NCBI GenBank assembly: GCA_037445915.1
Contig: JBBIJQ010000013.1
Location: 18,062-42,862, forward strand
Direction of reading: 5' to 3'
Length of the DNA: 24,801 nucleotides
Source of the DNA: Planctomycetales bacterium
GTDB lineage: Bacteria; 4484-113
Numbering within the stretch: position 1 is the first letter of the stretch; every line of letters starts with the position of its first letter. Positions 1 through 7,306 of the stretch are shown piece by piece. A program made the translations under genes and the position numbers. The notes under the pieces were generated by a model. The model made no database searches. It was not told the origin of the DNA and saw only the letters and a program-made list of their open reading frames with translations.

Positions 1-1
1 C

Positions 2-460
2 GCCAATAGCGGCTGTTGCGGCGACGACTGTAAGATGAAGCAGGGCGGCGCGTGCGACGGAAAGTGCGCTAGCTGCAAAGACGGCTGCAAGATGATGGGC
101 AAAGACGCCAAGGGCGGCTGCAAGATGATGGCCGGTAAGGACGTCGGCATGGGCGGCTGCAAGATGATGGGTAAAGACGCCAAGGGCTGCGGAATGACGT
201 GCGGCATGATGAGCGGAATGCCCGGAATGGAAGGAATAAAGGATATGCACTGGATGATGGGCCCCATGATGGGAATGATGCCCCCGATGGAGATGGAAAT
301 CACCGGCAAGTGCCCCAAGTGCGGCGAGATGATGAACTTTACCGTGAAGTGCAAGATGAAAATGCCGGCGATGGGCGACAAGGGAATGATGGGCATGATG
401 CCCCCACCCCCGCCCGTTGCGCCAAAGCAGGAAGGCTGCAAAGACTGCAAAAAGAAGTAG
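2..460 (+). CDS. Met/Cys/Gly/Lys-rich low-complexity protein, 5'-truncated by the window edge; putative metal-binding protein
   Basis: The frame is open from nt 2 (ANSGCCGDDCK) into the 35..460 ORF. By my count there are 31 Met and 16 Cys in 152 codons, with CxxCxxxC, CPKC and CKDC motifs and three GCKMM(A)GKD repeats. A terminator hairpin follows. Confidence 0.75.
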   Translation, partial: ANSGCCGDDCKMKQGGACDGKCASCKDGCKMMGKDAKGGCKMMAGKDVGMGGCKMMGKDAKGCGMTCGMMSGMPGMEGIKDMHWMMGPMMGMMPPMEMEITGKCPKCGEMMNFTVKCKMKMPAMGDKGMMGMMPPPPPVAPKQEGCKDCKKK

Positions 461-503
461 CTGACACCAGGCCAACGGCCTGTTTCAGATACTCGACTCC
501 TTG

Positions 504-538
504 ACGGCGCACTTGCCGCAATGCAGGTGCGCCGTTTT
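504..538 (+). terminator. Rho-independent terminator
   Basis: ACGGCGCACTTGC-CGCAAT-GCAGGTGCGCCGT forms a 13-bp stem with one G-U pair, followed by TTT, about 43 nt after the stop at 460. Confidence 0.75.
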
Positions 539-592
539 GGCGCGCGGAGTGCGTAATCGCCGAAGGCGTGTGGGTTAGGTAGGAGCCAAAGA

Positions 593-620
593 GGGGTTAG
601 GGACTTGGGATTGAGGGTTA
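593..620 (+). repeat. Degenerate G-rich heptamer tandem repeat
   Basis: GGGGTTA GGGACTT GGGATTG AGGGTTA has 7-nt periodicity. Confidence 0.4.
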
Positions 621-717
621 ATTAGGAGAGGAAGGCGGCAGAAGCGCAGGATGATCCAGGCGCACAAGCGAGACCTTCCTTCAAATTATCTTCAGCGGGC
701 AAGCGCATGTGCCAACT

Positions 718-817
718 TCCAGATTCCAGATTTCGGAATCCAGATTCCAGACGGCGGGGGGTAAGCCAGCCTGCGGCTGGCGAGCCCCTGGACCTTCAAC
801 AGATTCCAGATTTCGGA
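718..817 (+). repeat. TCCAGAT heptamer tracts flanking a GC-rich palindrome
   Basis: TCCAGAT TCCAGAT TTCGGAA TCCAGAT TCCAGAC at 718-752; hairpin GCCAGCC-TGC-GGCTGGC at 765-781; exact 18-nt copy CAGATTCCAGATTTCGGA at 720-737 and 800-817. Confidence 0.75.
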
Positions 818-876
818 GCGGCTCTGAAGATCCGCCTGCCCGCCTACAGGTATCAGATATGCTGGTATGCCTAATC

Positions 877-885
877 TGGTAAAAT
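877..885 (+). promoter_or_regulatory. Extended -10 promoter element for phoH
   Basis: TGGTAAAAT (TGn-TAnAAT) lies 14 nt upstream of ATG 900. Confidence 0.5.
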
Positions 886-899
886 AAGGGTTCTGGCTG

Positions 900-1919
900 A
901 TGAATCCTGAAGAAACCGAAAACCGGCGACAGGACGGCAAGGGACGCGAAGACACGCTTGCGAGCGAAACCATCGGCCTGCGCGACCGCGAGGAGATGCA
1001 AGCGCTGCTGGGGGACTTTGACGTTCACCTGCGCACGCTGCGCAACGGCCTCGGCGTTAAGCTTTACACTAAGGGGCAGGCTGTCCACGTCGTTGGCGCG
1101 CCTGAAGACGTCATCCGCGCAGTGAGCGTCATTCGCGACCTCGTCCGCGTTATCCGCAAGGAAGGCGCGCTTTCCGAGAGCGACATCCGCGAGCGCCTTG
1201 ACGAGTATTCGCCGCACACGCAGGAGGCAGGCGCACCGCAGGGAAACGAGACTTTGCCGATGGTCCCGCAGGTAACGCCGCGCACGGCAGGGCAGTTGGA
1301 ATACTTGCAGGCCATCGCCGAAAGCGACGTGGTTCTTTGCTTCGGCCCCGCCGGGACTGGCAAGACATACTTGTCTGTCGCGGCAGCCATTTCCCACTTC
1401 AAGCGCGGGCTTGTAAACCGCATTGTCCTCACGCGCCCGGCGGTGGAAGCTGGGGAGTCACTTGGCTTTTTGCCGGGGACGCTGGTGGAAAAGGTTAACC
1501 CCTACCTCGTGCCCTTGTTTGACGCGCTAAACGACATCCTTGGCTTTGACCGCGCGCGCAAGCTGATTGAGCGAGGCGTCGTGGAAGTCGCGCCGCTGGC
1601 GTTTATGCGCGGGCGCAGCTTGAACCACAGTTTCATCATCCTTGACGAAGCGCAAAACACAACTTACCAGCAAATGAAGATGTTCCTCACGCGAATGGGC
1701 AGGCACAGCCGCGCCATCGTTACAGGCGACATCACGCAAATTGACTTGGAGAAGCGCGAGAACTCGGGCTTCATTTTCGCGCTGAAGATACTCAAGGATT
1801 TGGGCCCGGCGGTGCGCACGGTTGAGCTTAAGGAAGCGGACGTCGTGCGCAACCCTATCGTCCAGCGCATCATCAACGCATACGTGCGGTATGAAGATAG
1901 GGGGCCGGCGGGGGGATAA
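900..1919 (+). CDS. phoH: PhoH-family ATPase (YbeZ/PhoH-like, N-terminal KH-like region)
   Basis: PRTAGQ, GPAGTGKTYL (Walker A), LTRPAVEAGESLGFLPG, APLAFMRGRSL, ILDEAQN, TGDITQIDL, DVVRNPIV. Confidence 0.95.
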   Translation: MNPEETENRRQDGKGREDTLASETIGLRDREEMQALLGDFDVHLRTLRNGLGVKLYTKGQAVHVVGAPEDVIRAVSVIRDLVRVIRKEGALSESDIRERLDEYSPHTQEAGAPQGNETLPMVPQVTPRTAGQLEYLQAIAESDVVLCFGPAGTGKTYLSVAAAISHFKRGLVNRIVLTRPAVEAGESLGFLPGTLVEKVNPYLVPLFDALNDILGFDRARKLIERGVVEVAPLAFMRGRSLNHSFIILDEAQNTTYQQMKMFLTRMGRHSRAIVTGDITQIDLEKRENSGFIFALKILKDLGPAVRTVELKEADVVRNPIVQRIINAYVRYEDRGPAGG

Positions 1920-1924
1920 GCTTT

Positions 1925-3988
1925 ATGTCCAACAAACACACAACCTATCCCCGCCCATTCCCAGCGCTGTCCACGTTTCCAATTTACCTAAGGGCATTTT
2001 GGGGATTGGCCATTTACGTTGGGATGATAGCGCTGCTTTTCGCGCATATCGCAGTCTGGCCGGTTCGCCTGAGCGTCGGGCAGGTGGTTCCATTTGACAT
2101 CATCTCGCCGATGGACGCCAGCTACATTGACAGTGCGGAACTGGCGAAGCTCAAGGCGAGCGGCAAGGCCAGTATCATTGACACTCGGATCGCAGACCAG
2201 GCACAGATCAAGCTTGCCTCTTTCTTTTTAGACGCGCGAAAGGCAAGGCTTGAGGAAGGCGACCCGACGCAGCAAGTGGAGAAACTTGCAGCCAATTACC
2301 CCCTGCCTAGCAGCCTTATCGCGCTGCTGCTAACCTTACCGGATGACGAGCTGAGCCAGACCGAGGACTATGCGCGGGAAACGCTTGCAGATTACATGAA
2401 GACCGCGCTTTCCACTTCGGAGATTGAACAGTTTCGGGAAGCAAGTTTAGACACACCGTCAATCACAACGCGCGACCGCGTGCCAGTCTATTTCCTGCAA
2501 AAGAACATTATTGAGGCTCCCGACGTGCCCGCGATGCAGGATTTCATCAACCGCCTGGTATCCCACCGCATAATTACCGGCGAAGTTATCCTCGGCGCAG
2601 GCGGGGTAGTTGAACAGGTAACGCTAGACAAACTGGCAGCGGTTGAGGACGGCATGGTTAAGCAGCGGCTCTACCGCTTCTACGGTATCGCCCTTCTCCT
2701 TGCTGTGCTTATGCTTGTTTGGTATGTCCACATCAAGCTTTACAAGAAGCGCTTCCTGAACAATCCTTCGCTATGGGCGCAGCTTGGGCTGATTTTCATG
2801 ATTTCTCTTACCCTGTCAATGCTAATCGGCCGGCTTCCCTTCCGCTACATCCACTACTGCGTCCCGCTTGGATTGGCGGTGGCAGTGATAATCATCGTTA
2901 CGATGTATGACGCAATTTTAGCCTCATACATAGGCCTGGGACTGGCAGTGGTTACAGCGCTCGCGCTGAATTACAACTCCAATTTGCTTATTTACATGCT
3001 GATATGCACGACCTACCCCGTCGTTTTCCTGAACAAGCGCTCTAGAGTGCGGGACTTGGCGTTGTTCGGCATCAATCTTGGCGCGCTAAACCTTTTGCTT
3101 GCGATGGCCGTCATACTTTTATCGGTTGAAACTTTCTCATGGTGGGTCGTCTTTTACTCGGTCATCACTGGCGTTATCGCTGCGGTCATCGCGCTTGGGG
3201 TCAGCCCGCTGCTGGAGATGCTTTCCACCCAGCTTACGCCCGGCAAACTTCAAGCGCTACTCAACCCTGAGCTGCCCTTACTCAAGAGGATGTTTGAGGA
3301 AGCCCCAGGGACTTACTTCCATTCAATGATGATGTCGTCAATGGCCGAGGAAGCTTGCAGCGAAATCGGCGCGGACGGGCTGCTAGCCAAAGTCGGGTGT
3401 ATGTACCACGACATAGGCAAGCTAAAGCGCCCGGGATTCTACACTGAAAATATCAGCAACCCCGCGAAAAACCCTCACCGCCACCTTCCACCGGAAAGCA
3501 GCTTTAACATTGTAGTCCAGCATGTTCAGCACGGGGTTGAGATGGGGCGCAAAGCCGGTCTGCCTGCGGAAGTGCTTGCGTTCATCTCCGAGCACCACGG
3601 GACGACGACGACTAAATACTTTCTTGAAGAAGCGCGCAAGCGCTCTTTGCTTGACGGTAACCAAGTTGACATTAACCACTTCAGATATGCCGGCCCTGAC
3701 CCGCGAAGCAAGGAAACGGGCGTGGCAATGCTTGCCGACACTTGCGAAGCCAAGATAAGGGCTACCAACGGCTTTACCGAAGAGGATGTGAGCAACATAG
3801 TCAACGCGGTTGTCCAAGAGAAGATGAACCTGGGCCACCTGGACAATTCAGGGTTGACAGTAGGAGACTTGCGCCGGGTGAGATTAGCTTTCACGCGGGT
3901 TTTAGTCAACCTGCACCACTCGCGCTTGAAATACCCGGAACAGACCGAAGGGGAAGAAGCCCGACAAACCCCTTTGAATCCCACATAG
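1925..3988 (+). CDS. pgpH: 7TM-HD (HDIG) membrane phosphohydrolase, PgpH-like cyclic-di-AMP phosphodiesterase
   Basis: N-terminal TM helix, extracytoplasmic region, multi-TM block, then EAPGTYFHS, YHDIGKLKRPGFYTEN, EHHGT, FRYAGPDPRSKE, MLADTCEA and RLKYP. Its position directly after phoH matches Firmicutes phoH-pgpH clusters. Confidence 0.85.
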   Translation: MSNKHTTYPRPFPALSTFPIYLRAFWGLAIYVGMIALLFAHIAVWPVRLSVGQVVPFDIISPMDASYIDSAELAKLKASGKASIIDTRIADQAQIKLASFFLDARKARLEEGDPTQQVEKLAANYPLPSSLIALLLTLPDDELSQTEDYARETLADYMKTALSTSEIEQFREASLDTPSITTRDRVPVYFLQKNIIEAPDVPAMQDFINRLVSHRIITGEVILGAGGVVEQVTLDKLAAVEDGMVKQRLYRFYGIALLLAVLMLVWYVHIKLYKKRFLNNPSLWAQLGLIFMISLTLSMLIGRLPFRYIHYCVPLGLAVAVIIIVTMYDAILASYIGLGLAVVTALALNYNSNLLIYMLICTTYPVVFLNKRSRVRDLALFGINLGALNLLLAMAVILLSVETFSWWVVFYSVITGVIAAVIALGVSPLLEMLSTQLTPGKLQALLNPELPLLKRMFEEAPGTYFHSMMMSSMAEEACSEIGADGLLAKVGCMYHDIGKLKRPGFYTENISNPAKNPHRHLPPESSFNIVVQHVQHGVEMGRKAGLPAEVLAFISEHHGTTTTKYFLEEARKRSLLDGNQVDINHFRYAGPDPRSKETGVAMLADTCEAKIRATNGFTEEDVSNIVNAVVQEKMNLGHLDNSGLTVGDLRRVRLAFTRVLVNLHHSRLKYPEQTEGEEARQTPLNPT

Positions 3989-4005
3989 CCACTGCCCTAC
4001 ACGCT

Positions 4006-5064
4006 ATGCAAAGGACAACAGAAAGCCGGAACTACCAGCAAGGCGGCAGGCCACCGCTGCTGTCACCGTTCAATGTTCTGATTATGGCCATCTTGCTGCT
4101 GCTACTGGGTTACGCCCTTTTTTGGATGTCGCGCGGCGACCCGCATGCGGCTAGGGAAGACAACCCGGTTGCAGTTCCTATAAAGCCGACACCATCGCTG
4201 GACGAATGGTCAGCCAAATCAGTGCGCGCCATCGGGCTGGCGCATGTTGGGGCTGCGCTTGCCAAAGTTTCGTTGCCTGCCGAGCGCCTTGCTGAGTACC
4301 ATACTCTTGACGAAGTCTTCGGGCGCACGCCGAACCCTGTCGTGCCTATAGCGCGGCGCCTTGAAACGTTCCAGCGCGGAACATATCCAGGGCTGTCTTC
4401 CAAGCTAGAAAACGTCATGGGCGAGCCCCTTAACAGCCCCCTGCGGGCATACGCGGAGATGACTAGCGCAGAGAAACTTCTGTTCTACTCCGACTGGGCA
4501 GGAACGCCGACGAGGGATTTGCCGGTGTACTACGAGATGATTAACCGCATGAACTCCGCGGACCTGCCTGAGATTTCCGGATACGGGATGCTAGACGCAG
4601 TTTGGAATGAGAGCGATGTCGTGGCGCTCGCGGCCATTTACAGGCGAACCGGCAGGGAAAAGGCCAAGCTGATAGACGCATTGTCGGAGGAGTGGCTTCC
4701 AATGTTTCTAAACCCGATTTCGCTGCGCCTATTTGAGCCCTGGCACAAGGAATGGGCTGCGGGACAGGGCTACATCTTTGAAATCACGGAACCGAAGGAA
4801 AGAATAAAGCTCGTGGACGCAGTGATAGAAATACAGATTGGGCAAGGCACGCCCCATCTGCAGCCGCGCTCAAATGAAATGCCGTGGAGCAGGCCCGCGC
4901 CCCAGCCTGCGGAAATCGCCGATACGATGGACTATTACAAGTTCTTTTACTACCGCGTTTACGGTGAGAATCCCGGCACTGTGCTTGCCGAAGGGGTTTT
5001 ACAGGTTGAGAGCTACCAGGCTAAGCTGGGCAGGTGGGAATCCAAAGCTGTCAAGCAGGAATAA
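4006..5064 (+). CDS. Hypothetical membrane-anchored protein (about 352 aa)
   Basis: Long ORF filling the gap after pgpH. I chose ATG 4006 to avoid overlapping pgpH (start uncertain). It has a single hydrophobic segment, VLIMAILLLLLGYALFWM. Confidence 0.65.
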   Translation: MQRTTESRNYQQGGRPPLLSPFNVLIMAILLLLLGYALFWMSRGDPHAAREDNPVAVPIKPTPSLDEWSAKSVRAIGLAHVGAALAKVSLPAERLAEYHTLDEVFGRTPNPVVPIARRLETFQRGTYPGLSSKLENVMGEPLNSPLRAYAEMTSAEKLLFYSDWAGTPTRDLPVYYEMINRMNSADLPEISGYGMLDAVWNESDVVALAAIYRRTGREKAKLIDALSEEWLPMFLNPISLRLFEPWHKEWAAGQGYIFEITEPKERIKLVDAVIEIQIGQGTPHLQPRSNEMPWSRPAPQPAEIADTMDYYKFFYYRVYGENPGTVLAEGVLQVESYQAKLGRWESKAVKQE

Positions 5065-5070
5065 CGGCGG

Positions 5071-6711
5071 TCAGAGTGGAATAACTATATGCCCCGGCGG
5101 CGGAAACTCGCAAGCCTGCCTTACTTCATTGATGAGGGGCTGTCCAAACAACGCCAGCGCTGCCAGCGAGCATATGCTGCGTTCTTGCGGCACACCGCCG
5201 GGAGACAGTGAGGCATAAAGCTCCGAAACTTGCAGGTCAAGCTGTTCATCCCGTCGCTTAACGCTCTGTTCAACTTTCTTTCTTACAGTAGCGAGGTGTT
5301 TGCGAAAGTTAGCTTCAAGTGTCTCCAGCACTCCCACAATTCCGGGGTCCAGCTTCGCCGATTCCTCGGAAAGCAACTGCGCCTGCCTAGAAAAGTCGGC
5401 TTCCATTTCATCCAAGCGCGATGTTATGCCCTGTGGCACCGCCTGCTTCGCCAGCCTGCGCAGAAGCTCGTTCTTCGGCTGCAAAAAAAAGGCGGGCAAC
5501 TCTAGCCCATAACGCTCCATCAGCCTGCGCTGCCGGCTATTGGTTATCGTAAATGTTGGGCGAGGCACAAGCAATGGCTCAGGCAGGCCGTACATCGCAA
5601 AGAGCGGATATAGCTGCGCCCAGTAGGCAACTTCGCCCGCGCCGCCGAGAAATGCCACAGTGGGGAACAGCGCTTGTTGATACAGCGGCCTTGTCAGCGC
5701 GCCAAACGAAATGCGCCACGGCTCGCGCTCAACCAGCGATGAAAGCTCTTCAATCCGCCATTCCCGGCTGCTGCCCTTAGTGGTGAAGCCTGCACCCGCG
5801 CACACGAGCTTCTCCCGCACACCTTCTTCGCTCAGCAGGAACAGGTTCGTGTCTTCGGGCTGTGCTGAGACCTGGAGTGTGCCGCCTGCTTTCTGTATCG
5901 CTGCATTGCGGGCATTAATTTCGCGCCATTCTTCTCCCTGGCGCTTTAGCGATTCAGTGAAAAGCGGTAGCGCAATCTCTTTCGCTTCTTCATCTTCCGA
6001 GTCAAACACGAGCAGGCCTTCACTGGCAAGGAAGAATGACATCAGCCTACAGAAAGCCTCAGTGAGGGTTGCGCCCACAACATATGACGCGCTGAACGCT
6101 GCGCGCGCTTCATCCGCGTAAGGGCTGGGCGGCAAGTGTTCAAAAAACGCGCCCGAGCTTGACACGGCGCTTGCGTCCAGCTTGATTCTGTTTACAGGCT
6201 TCCCTTCCGTTCCGGCAGGCTGCTCAATGGAAACTCTCTCAAACGCGCCACGCCGGTTAGTGAAGCCCACATGCCTGATTTCCTCAAAGTCGTGGTCCAT
6301 TCCGCTTGCCCAGAACAGCGGGACAAAGCGGTATCCAGGCAGCGCGGCTTCAAGCCTATCGCGCAGGGCAAGCAGCGCAACCGCCTTTATCAGTGTGTAA
6401 GTGGGGCCCAGGCAGACGCCGACTTGCTGTCCCGCGACAAGGAAGTAGCCATCGGTTGCAGCCGCGTCTAGCGATTTTTCCACCGCAGGCTCGGCAGGGC
6501 GAGGTTGCTGGCGGCGCAGCATTTCAGCTATTCGCTTGCGTTGGCCCCGCGAGCACCCTGCGCTTATCGCAATGCTCGCAGCCTTGTGCTTTACGCATTC
6601 GGCAATCGGGCGGATTGGCGGGTAGAAAAGGTCGGCAGATTTTTCGCCAAGGTAATGCGAAAGCGCCACTGGCTTAACGCCAAATTCGCTGAAACTATAA
6701 ACCGTTCTCAT
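5071..6711 (-). CDS. bshC: Bacillithiol biosynthesis cysteine-adding enzyme BshC
   Basis: GQQVGVCLGPTYTLIKA, VPLFWASGMDHDFEEI, RPLYQQALFPTVAFLGGAGEVAYWAQL, a C-terminal coiled coil and PGGVPQER. ATG 6711 follows GGAAAGGGA and gives 546 aa. Confidence 0.9.
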   Translation of the reverse strand: MRTVYSFSEFGVKPVALSHYLGEKSADLFYPPIRPIAECVKHKAASIAISAGCSRGQRKRIAEMLRRQQPRPAEPAVEKSLDAAATDGYFLVAGQQVGVCLGPTYTLIKAVALLALRDRLEAALPGYRFVPLFWASGMDHDFEEIRHVGFTNRRGAFERVSIEQPAGTEGKPVNRIKLDASAVSSSGAFFEHLPPSPYADEARAAFSASYVVGATLTEAFCRLMSFFLASEGLLVFDSEDEEAKEIALPLFTESLKRQGEEWREINARNAAIQKAGGTLQVSAQPEDTNLFLLSEEGVREKLVCAGAGFTTKGSSREWRIEELSSLVEREPWRISFGALTRPLYQQALFPTVAFLGGAGEVAYWAQLYPLFAMYGLPEPLLVPRPTFTITNSRQRRLMERYGLELPAFFLQPKNELLRRLAKQAVPQGITSRLDEMEADFSRQAQLLSEESAKLDPGIVGVLETLEANFRKHLATVRKKVEQSVKRRDEQLDLQVSELYASLSPGGVPQERSICSLAALALFGQPLINEVRQACEFPPPGHIVIPL

Positions 6712-7303
6712 TCCCTTTCCAAGGCTGCACAAGGCTGGTCTTATACCCTAGCGCATCTAGTATGCGCCCTACAATGAGACCTATATGCCCTTCCACCCCT
6801 TCCGGTTTGCTGTAAAAAGTCAACACCGGCGGAATTATGGCCGCCCCGTAACCGGCGAGCTTCGCCAAGTTGTCCAAGTGAAGCTGCGACATCGGCATTT
6901 CGCGGGGCACGAGCACTAACTTGCGGCACTCTTTCAGCGCAACATCAGCGGCGCGGGTGATGAGAGTGTCGCTGATGCCAGCCGCTATGCGGCCAGCCGT
7001 GCCCATTGAACAAGGGCATATCACCATAGACTTCCAGGGGTTGCTGCCAGAAGCGAGCGGGGAAAACATGTCTTGGGCGCTATGCACCGTCAGAGCTGGG
7101 CTAATAACGCCAAGCGCGCTTGCGACAGCATCAGCCTGCGGGAGAATGCCAGTCTCAAACGCGAAAACGCGCGCGCCGGTTACGGAGAATATTAGGTGGC
7201 ACTGCGCGCCAAGGCGAAGCAGCTCCTGGAGCAGGCGGACAGCGACAGGCGCGCCGCTGGCGCCTGTTACGGCGCATACGACGGCAGTTTCAAAATTGGG
7301 CAT
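6695..7303 (-). CDS. ubiX: UbiX-family flavin prenyltransferase
   Basis: AVTGASGA, SPLASGS, CPCSMGT, RAADVALKECRKLVLVPREMP, IIPPVLTFY. Confidence 0.93.
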   Translation of the reverse strand: MPNFETAVVCAVTGASGAPVAVRLLQELLRLGAQCHLIFSVTGARVFAFETGILPQADAVASALGVISPALTVHSAQDMFSPLASGSNPWKSMVICPCSMGTAGRIAAGISDTLITRAADVALKECRKLVLVPREMPMSQLHLDNLAKLAGYGAAIIPPVLTFYSKPEGVEGHIGLIVGRILDALGYKTSLVQPWKGNENGL

Positions 7304-7306
7304 TCG

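Noticed and set aside
718-817. 18-nt direct repeat as a possible CRISPR array
   Set aside because: There are only two copies, built from 7-mer units, with no regular spacers and no cas genes.
3742-4005. N-terminal extension of the 3742..5064 ORF
   Set aside because: It overlaps the conserved C-terminus of pgpH by about 250 nt, so ATG 4006 is more plausible.
6695-7303. ubiX without an adjacent ubiD as a novelty
   Set aside because: ubiX is frequently unlinked from its UbiD-family partner, which may lie elsewhere in the genome.
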